Of a stretch of DNA of 64,000 bases, positions 16,502-25,989 are shown in pieces. The stretch is taken from NCBI GenBank assembly GCA_944362545.1, contig CALVTJ010000004.1:68494-132493 (forward strand), read 5' to 3'. The notes beneath the pieces were generated by a model. The model was not told the DNA's origin. It worked only from the letters and a program-made list of their open reading frames with translations, and did not search any database. Position 1 is the stretch's first letter. Every line of letters begins with the position of its first letter. This DNA is from an uncultured Clostridia bacterium. GTDB lineage: Bacteria > Bacillota > Clostridia > Christensenellales > UBA1242. The position numbers and the translations under genes were made by a program.

Positions 16502-18484
16502 CTAATCCCCATTCTTTTTTCTTGTCTTCCTGTTCTTTGGTTTCTTGTCCTTTACATTTTCTTCTTTGATCGTGTTCTTATCACAGTTGTCTTCGGTGTC
16601 TATTGAGGTTTTCTCGTCTTTTTTCCTTCTAATAATAACAACAGCAACAGTCACAGCAACTGCAACTATAATCACGCTTCCAATGCTCCCCAAAACAACA
16701 TACAATAATGTATTGTCTTGTTGTGGACTTGTAAGTTCTTCCTCTGTATAAGTCAAAATCGAATTTGCATTTGCGGAACTTAATTTGTTTTGAACACTGT
16801 CCCCTGTTTTATAATGATGTGGCAAATCAATCTCAACGCCTCCAGCGATCTGCTTTGGAGTTTGAATTGTGGCAAAATTGCATATTTCTCCAAACATATT
16901 GGTTATGTCGGTATCCGCACCAATGACAAGCCCTGTTAAATTTAATGTGCCAACTGGGACAAAATCTTCCACTTGTTGTGAATATTCTTCGTCAGATATC
17001 AAACTAATACTCCACGAGTTTTCGCTGTTTAACGACTCGGCAAAATCAAGTGCAGCAACATAAATAGTTTGAATGGCTTCACTTTGAGACATCTGTTCAC
17101 TTTCCATAACCGACTGCACATAAGCGTCAAAATCTTGTCCATAATAAATCTCATATGCTTCTCTGACTGTATATGGCAACCCTCTAGATAAATCTAATTG
17201 ATATAATCTTGAATATTGAACCAAACTGTCTAAATCACCAAATACACCCAAATCACACAGTGTATAATGTTCCTTTAAATCTTCGGAATATGCAAATGGT
17301 AAAACAGACTTTTCAAAACTTGTATTCATCCAATCTTCAATCAACTTGCCATGAGTATAATATGTGCTAAACATATAAGACATATCTGTCACCAAACTCG
17401 TATCAAGTCCGGTCAAATCAATATTATGCAAGTTTGGACAATTAAAGAATAAGTTGCTCAAATCAGTTGGTTTCATGCCATCAAAGAAATTGCCAAAATT
17501 TATCTTCTCTAAATTTATGCAATTTTCAAATGCATGAGATAGATCTTTTATATATTCTTGTCCTTTAATGTTTTTCAATGTAATGGTCTTTGCAGGGACT
17601 CCGGAAAACATATAACTGTAATTTGACGAATCTTTTAAATGAGAATTTACAAGACTAGACAGGTCTTGATTTTCAATAATATTATGTATGATTGAAAAAT
17701 CAAAACCGTCAACAATCAATTCGTCAAATGCTGGCATAACAGTTTCTTTCTCATATTGATTCATAACCATCTGATTATACAATAGATTATAAGCAACATC
17801 TTCTCCATTAAATTTTGCTGTGCAACTGCAAATGTTAACTGGAGTATATTCATAAGTATTTGAATTCTCATCATAAGACGCTAGTTCATATGTCCAGCAA
17901 GCCAAGCATCCAACATTTGCATCAATTTCCTCCTGCGTTATTGGATGATCTAAGTAAAGATAAGATGGTGTACTTTGTGTGCACATACAACCAATATCAG
18001 GATCCCATCCACAAGTGCAACTTTCATTAGAACAATCTTCCCCCAATAAAAGACCATTGATAAAAGGAGAAAAAATGCGAGAACAGTCCAATATCGCAAC
18101 ATAACCATACAAGGGGCCTTGATTTGTATAATACATATTAACAGCAGCATCATTGCCATATGCCACGCCTTTTGTTGTGTGAATAACAATGTCAGCCTTG
18201 CCCGCATCGCCTTCAACAATGTAAATTTCTTCATTTATTGCATCGCTAACTTCTGCATCATCTCCTAGAAAATCTGCAACGACTCCTTGTTGCATTATAT
18301 TTTTGCCTTCTATATAACTGCTTACATCACTTGCATAAATTATTTTGCCAATTTGTCCATCATCATATTGTTGCAAAGGAAAAAGACTACCTACACATCC
18401 TGTCAATAAGCAGAAAATCATAAGCAACAACATCGCCAAAACACTCACAGAAAAATATTTTAAAACACTTTTTGATCTTCCCAT
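16502..18484 (-). CDS. BspA/DUF285-type leucine-rich-repeat surface lipoprotein
   Basis: Lipobox LLTGC after a signal peptide (start trimmed to ATG 18484 after GGAG). DUF285-like repeats (SYMFSG.., LSHAFENCINLEKINF.., LSNLFFNCPNLHNIDLTGLDTSLVTDMSYMFS). C-terminal TM helix plus basic tail. Confidence 0.75.
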   Translation of the reverse strand: MGRSKSVLKYFSVSVLAMLLLMIFCLLTGCVGSLFPLQQYDDGQIGKIIYASDVSSYIEGKNIMQQGVVADFLGDDAEVSDAINEEIYIVEGDAGKADIVIHTTKGVAYGNDAAVNMYYTNQGPLYGYVAILDCSRIFSPFINGLLLGEDCSNESCTCGWDPDIGCMCTQSTPSYLYLDHPITQEEIDANVGCLACWTYELASYDENSNTYEYTPVNICSCTAKFNGEDVAYNLLYNQMVMNQYEKETVMPAFDELIVDGFDFSIIHNIIENQDLSSLVNSHLKDSSNYSYMFSGVPAKTITLKNIKGQEYIKDLSHAFENCINLEKINFGNFFDGMKPTDLSNLFFNCPNLHNIDLTGLDTSLVTDMSYMFSTYYTHGKLIEDWMNTSFEKSVLPFAYSEDLKEHYTLCDLGVFGDLDSLVQYSRLYQLDLSRGLPYTVREAYEIYYGQDFDAYVQSVMESEQMSQSEAIQTIYVAALDFAESLNSENSWSISLISDEEYSQQVEDFVPVGTLNLTGLVIGADTDITNMFGEICNFATIQTPKQIAGGVEIDLPHHYKTGDSVQNKLSSANANSILTYTEEELTSPQQDNTLLYVVLGSIGSVIIVAVAVTVAVVIIRRKKDEKTSIDTEDNCDKNTIKEENVKDKKPKNRKTRKKNGD

Positions 18485-18581
18485 ATTATCTCCTGTTTTC
18501 AGGATAACAGCGGGGGAGGGAGTTGTCAACTAAATTTTGCATTTACATAAACAAAAATCTGATTTTATATTTTTAGAACAT

Positions 18582-18613
18582 AAAAAATAGTGGAATTGTT
18601 TATTTCCCACTAT
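18582..18613 (-). terminator. Intrinsic terminator after tilS
   Basis: ATAGTGG (18587-18593) / CCACTAT (18607-18613), with an A-run on the plus strand (T-run on the minus strand). Confidence 0.7.
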
Positions 18614-18657
18614 CCTTAAAAGTAATGCATAGGCAGTTCATTCGACTAGTTTTCTTC

Positions 18658-20004
18658 TTATTCTTTCTTTGACTTGTCAACAGTGAGTTTGAAACAGGTA
18701 GGCACTCCCTTTTCCACTTTCACCTTGTCACTGATTTCCACGCCAGCAATGACATAAACTTCATTTCCACTTGCAAGCACAGGAATATAATCGCGCAAAC
18801 GAACAGGAATTTTTTTGTCAATCAAGAATGATTTAAGTTTTTTTGTTCCGCCACCAAACTTTTCAAACATATCTCCTTCTTCACGATAGCGCCACCTTGC
18901 ATCCTTTGGCACTTTGCGATAGTCAAAATAGAGTGCACCATCTTCTCTCGGTTTGTCAGTTTTGACACGCTTAATGGTCACTGTTCCAAAGTTTGGAGCA
19001 GAAAATTCTTCACATTTGAGCGTGCGAGAAAGGTTTGGTTTTTCAACATAGTTGTTTTCAAAAGTCAAAAAGTTATATTCCTTGCTAACTGTTATATCAA
19101 ATGGCAATTTGAGTTTTTTTCCATTTTCGCCGTTTATGGCAAGGTCTTTGATAAGTGCCAAATGTTTTCTTTCAATGTCTTTGTTGACACCAATGCGTTT
19201 GAGTGCTTCAAACACAATTCTGCTGTAAACTGATGGACTACCTGAAAAATAACTGCATGGCATTTGCACAATTTTGTCATCCACCAAAAGCGCATTTGTG
19301 TCAAGGCGAGATTTGATATATTCATCATCTTCGCTGACAGAAGTGGCAAAATTGTTTATGGCTTCAATGGCGTTTGGCCATTTTTTGAGAATGTCCTTCA
19401 TGATGACATTGCGCACATAATTGCGAGTGATTGAGATGTCTTTGTTGCTTTGGTCTTCAACATATTCAATGTTGTTCAAAAACGCATACTCGTTGATTTC
19501 TTCTTTTGAAACAGGAAGCATAGGTCTGATGTAAATTCCATCGCGAATAGGGTCCATTCCCTTTGCACCTTCCGCTCCACAACCACGAAAGATGTGCATC
19601 AAAATTGTTTCCGCTTGATCACTTTGATGATGAGCAAGTGCAATTTTGTCCACAATGTCCTTTTTGACAAGCGCATCAAAAACACCATATCTACCTTCTC
19701 GTGCAGCGGTTTCTACGCTGATGTGTTTTTCTTTGGCAATTTTTGGAGCGTCAATAGAAAATTTGTAAACTCTCACACCCATTTCTTTACACTTTTGCAA
19801 GACAAATCTTGCCTCATCAAAACTCTCTTCTCTTATGCCATGATTGATGTGAATTGCCACAACTTCTATATCGAGTGCTTCTCTGTGTGCATTCAAAAAA
19901 TGCAAAAGACACATCGAGTCAATGCCACCACTAACCCCAACGCCAATCACTTCGCCGGCCTTTATGAGATTGTGCTTTTTGCTAAAATCCAAAATTTCGT
20001 CCAT
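18658..20004 (-). CDS. tilS: tRNA(Ile)-lysidine synthetase
   Basis: PP-loop GVGVSGGIDSMCLL, 448 aa. spoIIE lies upstream on the same strand, as in Bacillus. Confidence 0.9.
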   Translation of the reverse strand: MDEILDFSKKHNLIKAGEVIGVGVSGGIDSMCLLHFLNAHREALDIEVVAIHINHGIREESFDEARFVLQKCKEMGVRVYKFSIDAPKIAKEKHISVETAAREGRYGVFDALVKKDIVDKIALAHHQSDQAETILMHIFRGCGAEGAKGMDPIRDGIYIRPMLPVSKEEINEYAFLNNIEYVEDQSNKDISITRNYVRNVIMKDILKKWPNAIEAINNFATSVSEDDEYIKSRLDTNALLVDDKIVQMPCSYFSGSPSVYSRIVFEALKRIGVNKDIERKHLALIKDLAINGENGKKLKLPFDITVSKEYNFLTFENNYVEKPNLSRTLKCEEFSAPNFGTVTIKRVKTDKPREDGALYFDYRKVPKDARWRYREEGDMFEKFGGGTKKLKSFLIDKKIPVRLRDYIPVLASGNEVYVIAGVEISDKVKVEKGVPTCFKLTVDKSKKE

Positions 20005-20136
20005 TTTTCCCTCAAATATTTCTCAATTTTTTTCAACCGTATTATACAAAAAAAATGATTAAAAAACAATATATTTTTCAAAAAAAATGCTTTTTAAGGC
20101 ATTTTTTCGATTTTTTTGCGATATTTTTCATATTTT

Positions 20137-22434
20137 TTAAAATTCTAAAATTTTTACAACTATCACAGTCATGTCATCCACAGCATATCCATTGTTGCAA
20201 GCAAGCGCGCGTTCAAGCAGTTCATCTGCAAACTCCTGCGGATTTTTTGTCTTGATTGATTTGATACATTCAACAAGTTCCTCATCGCTTTCAAAACTGT
20301 CACTGACCCCATCGGACACCAAAATGATAAAATCTCTTGCACTTATCACATGTTTGTTAATGAGTGGTTTTGTCTCTTCCACTATTCCAATCGGCAATGC
20401 CCCTGCTTCCACAACCTTGCACTCATTTTCACTCAAAATATATGATTTCGGCGATGCCATTTTCACAAAATCGACAAGCCCACTCTTTTCATCCACAACT
20501 GCAATGTCAAGCGCGCTGAAAATTTCTTCTTTGTGCAGAGCTAAAAGTTTGTTGACAGTGGACAAAATCAGGTCGTTGTCAAAACCCGCCTTGTAAAAAT
20601 TTTCCACCAAACTTATGGCAATTTCACTGGTCTTTTCGGCATTTTTTCCACTGCCCATGCCATCGCTTATAGCAAACATGATTTTGTCTCCATCAAGTTT
20701 GACTATGCTGTAGGTATCACCACTCACAGTTGAACCATTTTTGGTTTTTTGAGAAACTCCAAACAGACAATCTACCTTTGGTGCGGTTTTTAGGTTGACA
20801 ACCATATAACCTGGTCTGGAACAAGGAAAACTCTCAAACACCGACATTTTATGTCCACAGACTTTGCTGACCACATCGACAATTCTTGGTTTTTCACTAT
20901 CTTCATTTCGCACCACCACCGAGGCCATCTGCGTGTAGACATCTCTTTCAAACACCACCACATCAATGCAAATGATATTGTAATATGTTAACTCATCCAA
21001 AATTTTGTTCTCCCGCGTGGTGTCAAAAGAAATGACAGACTCCACTTCTTGCGAAAGACTGGTCATGATTTTTGAAATGCCTAGAAGTTGGTCAGCAATG
21101 ATAAGTTTGCTGGTATCCACATCGTGAACCATGCTCATATATTTTTTATATTGACCGGTCAAGGTGTTGATGCTACCCAAAATCGAACTTGTCTGTTTGC
21201 ACCTTGAAGTCAAGTAAGAAGGGATATCCAAAAGAGTTGCCTTACCTTTTTCAAAAGCAATGGTGATAAGCGTGTCAAAAACCTGTTTTGTGCTTTCGGC
21301 AAATGTGCGATGACAGTGATTGCGCTCCGGACAAAAAGAACAAATCTTCTCCATAATTTCCTGTTGTAAAAGCACCTTAACCTCATCAAGAGTCATGCCC
21401 TGTTTGAGCATATTGCGATAAATGATATTCATGTCGTTGAAGATGTCGGACAGGTTCCCAAGTCGCCTGTGCAAAATTTCTCGACTTCGATTTGCCACAT
21501 TTTTCATGGCAAGTCTATCCTTTGAAAGGTTGAACATCACTGAAATTTCGTCACACCACTTTTTCGGCAAAGCAAAAAAGACAACACATGAGATGACCAC
21601 CGGCAAAATCTCAACATAACCAAAAGATGAGTAGAGATTGAAATAAAATCCAATGACAATCTCCACGCAGATGAGAGAGATAATCATAAAAATGCGATGT
21701 CTCTTTTTAAACAACAGCACAGCAAGAGCCCAAATGACAAAAGGTGCAACATAAATTGGATTGTTTGTGGCAATCAACGAACCGATACCGCCGATTGAAG
21801 CGACAAGCATTGTCAAAATAGGAGTGGAACAATACGCAAAAATCAACAAGATAAAACTCATAAACAACTTCAAAAAACTGAAATTTGCAATGTTGAGCAT
21901 GACAAGTCCACTGCAAAACGCGGCAATAATGGAAAAGAGCGAGACTATTTCAAGACTAGTCAATTTGTTTGTAAAGCCACGAATAATCACCGCTTCAAAA
22001 ATATTTATGCACGCATACATAAAAAGCACACCCAAAAGCACACTCACCGCTGACAAAATTGGAGAAAAGCCAGAGATAACATCAAACACCACATTTGCGG
22101 TTTGACTTAAAATGGCAAAAACTGCAAACTCCCATTTTCGCATATTCTTTTTGCACAACACATGAACAAAATATGGGACAATCAAGCAAAAGACACAAAC
22201 CAAAAGACAGATTGCACGCTCAAGAGTTGGACTTTCCAAAATTCCCGCCAAGATATAAGATATCGCCAAAAGCCATACTTTTTGATTTGCCCATGCAAGC
22301 GCAAAAAACATTCCAAAAGCAAATGGGAAAATGACATAATTTATACTTGCGTTAAACAACACAAAAAACAGGAGAGAAAACAAGATAAATTGCAAAAAAA
22401 GAAGCAAAAATTTGTTAATTTTGATATTCATCAC
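20137..22434 (-). CDS. spoIIE: Stage II sporulation protein E (PP2C phosphatase)
   Basis: 765 aa. About 10 N-terminal TM helices, a central regulatory region, and a C-terminal PP2C domain (FAISDGMGSGKNAEKTS..LVSDGV..DDMTVIV). Confidence 0.88.
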   Translation of the reverse strand: MMNIKINKFLLLFLQFILFSLLFFVLFNASINYVIFPFAFGMFFALAWANQKVWLLAISYILAGILESPTLERAICLLVCVFCLIVPYFVHVLCKKNMRKWEFAVFAILSQTANVVFDVISGFSPILSAVSVLLGVLFMYACINIFEAVIIRGFTNKLTSLEIVSLFSIIAAFCSGLVMLNIANFSFLKLFMSFILLIFAYCSTPILTMLVASIGGIGSLIATNNPIYVAPFVIWALAVLLFKKRHRIFMIISLICVEIVIGFYFNLYSSFGYVEILPVVISCVVFFALPKKWCDEISVMFNLSKDRLAMKNVANRSREILHRRLGNLSDIFNDMNIIYRNMLKQGMTLDEVKVLLQQEIMEKICSFCPERNHCHRTFAESTKQVFDTLITIAFEKGKATLLDIPSYLTSRCKQTSSILGSINTLTGQYKKYMSMVHDVDTSKLIIADQLLGISKIMTSLSQEVESVISFDTTRENKILDELTYYNIICIDVVVFERDVYTQMASVVVRNEDSEKPRIVDVVSKVCGHKMSVFESFPCSRPGYMVVNLKTAPKVDCLFGVSQKTKNGSTVSGDTYSIVKLDGDKIMFAISDGMGSGKNAEKTSEIAISLVENFYKAGFDNDLILSTVNKLLALHKEEIFSALDIAVVDEKSGLVDFVKMASPKSYILSENECKVVEAGALPIGIVEETKPLINKHVISARDFIILVSDGVSDSFESDEELVECIKSIKTKNPQEFADELLERALACNNGYAVDDMTVIVVKILEF

Positions 22435-22525
22435 AACCTCTTTTTTGATTTTATAACTTTCATCACAAAAGCCAAGAGAAGAAAGTTGTCAAAAAAGAAA
22501 GTTTGCTGTCTTGTTTTGACAGGTT

Positions 22526-23218
22526 TTAATCGAAAGCAAAATAAAGCAAAATACCACACAGGACATCATAACAAAATTTGTTTTGGTAATCTTCTTCCTG
22601 CAAAAGCATTTCTTCTTCTGGATTTGACAGAAAGCCACATTCAATCAAAATGCTTGGTGTGTCTGTGCAGTTCAACACAAAATAGTCACCCACTTTGGCA
22701 GTTTTTTGCGCATAATCAAGATTTTTGTGTAAACTATCTTGCACACTTTGTGCCAACTTTTGTCCTTGCGAAGAATTATCGGCATAAAAAACTTGACTTC
22801 CCCGGCTTTGCGAAGATGAAAAACTGTTCATATGAATTGACACAACCACATCTGCCTTGGCACCTTCAATTATTTGTCGGCGCTTTTCCATTTCACTTTT
22901 CTTTTTGTTTGTTGCAAATGGAGAATAGAGTCCATTCATGTCACTGCGTGTCAAAATGACACGAAAACCATACTCCAGACACAACTTTTTGAGCAGAAGA
23001 GAATATTTCAAATTAAGTTCACTCTCTGTCACACCACTTGTCTTTCCAACCGCACCGCCATCCTTTCCGCCGTGCCCTGCATCAATCACAATGGTGTATT
23101 GCGCCTTCGGCGAACTTGTCGCCTTAACTACATAGCAAACACCGACAATCGAACAAATCAAAATTATCCCCACCAAAAGAACACACAATGTGTGCTTTCT
23201 TATTGTCCAAATTTTCAT
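22526..23218 (-). CDS. N-acetylmuramoyl-L-alanine amidase (Amidase_3, CwlD-like)
   Basis: N-terminal TM helix, IVIDAGHGGKDGGAVG and SIHMNS motifs. Size (230 aa) matches CwlD-type germination amidases. Confidence 0.8.
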   Translation of the reverse strand: MKIWTIRKHTLCVLLVGIILICSIVGVCYVVKATSSPKAQYTIVIDAGHGGKDGGAVGKTSGVTESELNLKYSLLLKKLCLEYGFRVILTRSDMNGLYSPFATNKKKSEMEKRRQIIEGAKADVVVSIHMNSFSSSQSRGSQVFYADNSSQGQKLAQSVQDSLHKNLDYAQKTAKVGDYFVLNCTDTPSILIECGFLSNPEEEMLLQEEDYQNKFCYDVLCGILLYFAFD

Positions 23219-23356
23219 ATTGTATTTTATTATGTAAAACTACTTTATATCACAAAAATAAAACAGTTGGCACAAATCATTGAAAACGCAAAATTTCAAT
23301 GTTAATCTCTTTTTGTTTTTTAAAAACTTTCAAATAAATGGAGAATGTGTTAAAAT

Positions 23357-23929
23357 ATGAGTGACTCTGATGACCTGTTTAGAAAAATTTTAGATATCTT
23401 TTTAAATAAATCAAGTGGCCTAACAGCAAAGTTTTTGCAATACCAACACCGTGGCAGTTGTATAAATCCATGCAAAGATTGTCCAGCGAGAAACAAAAGG
23501 ATTTATGAAAATGGCAATGAAGTGAAACTTCCTGCACATCCACATTGTGATTGCTATTACACAAATGTCGAAACAAAAGCAGTTGGAACAATCTCAACAC
23601 GGCAACCTGCCCCTGATGTCTGGCTTAAAGCTTTTGGAGAACTTCCTGATTATTACATAACAAAAGAAGAAGCCGAGCAGTTGTATGGTTGGACCAGAGG
23701 AAAAGATTTGTCTAAACTCGCCCCAGGAAAAATGATTGGCGGAGATATTTATTATAACAATAAACATATTCTACCAGAAAAGGAAGGAAGGATTTGGTAT
23801 GAGTGTGACATTGATTACACAAATGGGAAAAAAAGAAATCCACTAAGACTATATTATTCAAATGATGGGCTTATGTTCTATTCACCAAATCATTTGGATG
23901 GCAATGTCACTGTATATTTGGTTGAGTAA
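23357..23929 (+). CDS. Barnase-family ribonuclease toxin fused to a MuF (SPP1 gp7) C-terminal zinc fragment
   Basis: The C-terminal 110 aa align to barnase with all catalytic equivalents: ITK (K27), WYECDIDY (E73), KKRN / LRLYYS (R83/R87), SPNH (H102). The N-terminus carries CKDCPARN..LPAHPHCDC, typical of the Phage_Mu_F C-terminus. No signal peptide. Confidence 0.85.
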   Translation: MSDSDDLFRKILDIFLNKSSGLTAKFLQYQHRGSCINPCKDCPARNKRIYENGNEVKLPAHPHCDCYYTNVETKAVGTISTRQPAPDVWLKAFGELPDYYITKEEAEQLYGWTRGKDLSKLAPGKMIGGDIYYNNKHILPEKEGRIWYECDIDYTNGKKRNPLRLYYSNDGLMFYSPNHLDGNVTVYLVE

Positions 23930-23941
23930 GGGAGAAAAAAG

Positions 23942-24265
23942 ATGATTGAAAGAGAAATTGTTTTTGACAGAAATAACTATAAAAGTTATAAAGATTTTTA
24001 TTCTCAAATTTACAAGGATTTGGATGGAAAGGATAATCCAGATTTTGAAGAATATGATGATTTCCACTATAATGCAGATTTGTTAGATGAATTTTTATGG
24101 TATTGTCATAATGATAATGTCAAATATATTTTTGTGGGTTTTGATCAGGCAGAAATTGCTTTAGAAAAAACATATGATGATTACGAATTTAATATCGTTA
24201 TTAAAATTTTTAAAAGATTTGTAAACAAATATCCAAACAACGAACTTGAATTTAAAGATAAATAA
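23942..24265 (+). CDS. Barstar-like immunity protein
   Basis: 107 aa, starts 12 nt after the toxin stop. YKDFYSQIYKDL..EYDDFHYNADLLDEFLWY..YIFVGFDQ follows the barstar pattern (..YGENLDALWDCL..). Confidence 0.75.
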   Translation: MIEREIVFDRNNYKSYKDFYSQIYKDLDGKDNPDFEEYDDFHYNADLLDEFLWYCHNDNVKYIFVGFDQAEIALEKTYDDYEFNIVIKIFKRFVNKYPNNELEFKDK

Positions 24266-24268
24266 AAG

Positions 24269-24297
24269 CATATCAATTGATGTGTTTTTTATTTTTT
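24269..24297 (+). terminator. Intrinsic terminator after the barstar-like gene
   Basis: CATATCA/TGATGTG hairpin (one G-U pair) followed by TTTTTTATTTTTT. Confidence 0.6.
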
Positions 24298-24310
24298 CAA
24301 AAAACTGCTA

Positions 24311-24339
24311 TTGACAGTGCAAAAATGCAGTGTTATAAT
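24311..24339 (+). promoter_or_regulatory. Consensus sigma-A promoter of the ankyrin gene
   Basis: TTGACA (24311-24316), 17-nt spacer, TATAAT (24334-24339). Confidence 0.7.
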
Positions 24340-24359
24340 CTAATCAATTGGAGAAAAAA

Positions 24360-25160
24360 ATGCGTATTACACAAGAAAAACATGACCAAATCAATTTGAA
24401 ATTTATGTCTGCTTGCCATGATGGAAACATTAAACAAGTGAAAAAACTTTTGAAAAAAGGTGCAGATATCAATCAAGTTGACAATTTGAAGAACACCGCA
24501 CTTCACTATGCAGTGTTATATCAAGACATTGAACTAGCAATCATTTTGATTATGAATGGCGCGGATGTAAACAAACAAAACTTAAAGGGTAAAACCCCTC
24601 TGCATATTGCAGTTCAAAATGAAGACTCCATGCTTTCTTCAATTTTGCTAGACTCTGGCGCCGATATGGAAATCAGAGATATCTATGATGCAAGTCCGGC
24701 TTTACTTGTTTTAGATGCCGACATGATTAATGGTGATTTGTTGATAATGTTTTTGGAACATAATGTAAATATAAACACAAAAAACTCAAATGGCGAAACA
24801 ATCTTACACAGATTTGCCAAATCATCGTTTACCAAAGGACAACAAATCAAAAGTCTTGTTGAACTTGGTGCAGATGTAAATGTTTTCGATAATGATGGCT
24901 ACACCCCATTGCACTTCGCCACAAAAATGGATAATTTTGAAGTAGTCAAGGCATTGGTGGAATGCAAAGCCGATGTCAATGCTGTCAACAATCATCTTCA
25001 AAACGCACTTTTCTACGCGTTGCAAAATGAAAACAAACAACTTGCCGGCTATTTGTTGGAACATGGAGCAAAAATAAATGTCAAAAGACAGCCAACATAC
25101 AAAACAAGTGAAAAATCTTCAGAAATAACAAAAAATAATGAAAATTGTCTTGCAAAATAA
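24360..25160 (+). CDS. Ankyrin-repeat protein
   Basis: At least 6 ANK repeats (NTALHYAVLYQDIELAIILIMNGADVN, GKTPLHIAVQNEDSMLSSILLDSGADM, GYTPLHFATKMDNFEVVKALVECKADVN). ATG 24360 follows GGAG. Confidence 0.85.
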   Translation: MRITQEKHDQINLKFMSACHDGNIKQVKKLLKKGADINQVDNLKNTALHYAVLYQDIELAIILIMNGADVNKQNLKGKTPLHIAVQNEDSMLSSILLDSGADMEIRDIYDASPALLVLDADMINGDLLIMFLEHNVNINTKNSNGETILHRFAKSSFTKGQQIKSLVELGADVNVFDNDGYTPLHFATKMDNFEVVKALVECKADVNAVNNHLQNALFYALQNENKQLAGYLLEHGAKINVKRQPTYKTSEKSSEITKNNENCLAK

Positions 25161-25162
25161 AA

Positions 25163-25190
25163 AGGTATGCACATGTGCATACCTTTTTTT
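25163..25190 (+). terminator. Intrinsic terminator
   Basis: AGGTATGCACATGTGCATACCT perfect palindrome followed by a T-run. Confidence 0.8.
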
Positions 25191-25235
25191 CTTTCTAAAC
25201 TTGACATAAAAACAGAAAAGTTGTTTAATTGTTAT

Positions 25236-25919
25236 ATGAAAAAAATATCTTTGCTTTTGATTTGTTTGATGTTTTGTCTCTCGTTTGCAAGTGTCAATTT
25301 TGCATTTGCTGATTCTTCACTGTCAACATATGTGATAACGGCAAATCAAGCAACCATATTTGCTGAAGCAAATTTTGCTTCTTCAAAACTTGTCACTCTG
25401 TCAAACAACACCCAGGTGTCAGTAGAGATGCAAGATGAAAAGCCTGTCGAATATAACTCAAATGGTTATGTGTTTTTCAAGATTATAGATTTTCAGGGGC
25501 AAGATGGTTTTGTCTACTCCGACCTTTTGACCCCACAAGCCAATGTTGTCACTGCCATTCCAAGTTTCAATGCACAAACCGCACGACAATGTAATGTCTT
25601 CTTTATGCAGGACAATTCTCTTGTGCAAAGTGATATAACCCTTGCAAGTGGCGAGCGTGTCTATCTCTATCAGGGCTATGACAACACTTTGGTGTTCAAT
25701 GGACATGAATACAATGCCATTGCCTTTGTCAATGACAACGAAGTGCTCTATGGTTATCTGCCAATAGAAAATATCATTCCGGATGGAGTCAATCCAGTGC
25801 TAATTACCTGCATTGTGGTGATAATTGCTCTGCTTGGAATCATTTTTGCATGGCTGTTTATGAAGAACAAAAAAGTCAAAATCAAAAAGAGCAAAACTCC
25901 TATTGTCAAAGAAAATTGA
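25236..25919 (+). CDS. Secreted protein with C-terminal TM anchor (SH3b-like repeats?)
   Basis: Signal peptide MKKISLLLICLMFCLSFASVNFAFA (start trimmed to 25236), two beta-rich modules, a C-terminal TM helix and a KKVKIKK tail. Confidence 0.6.
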   Translation: MKKISLLLICLMFCLSFASVNFAFADSSLSTYVITANQATIFAEANFASSKLVTLSNNTQVSVEMQDEKPVEYNSNGYVFFKIIDFQGQDGFVYSDLLTPQANVVTAIPSFNAQTARQCNVFFMQDNSLVQSDITLASGERVYLYQGYDNTLVFNGHEYNAIAFVNDNEVLYGYLPIENIIPDGVNPVLITCIVVIIALLGIIFAWLFMKNKKVKIKKSKTPIVKEN

Positions 25920-25989
25920 CATAAAATATTGAAAAATTCTCCTTTCTGCTTGTAAAATAGTGAAAAATACAAACAAAAAGGAGTTTTTT

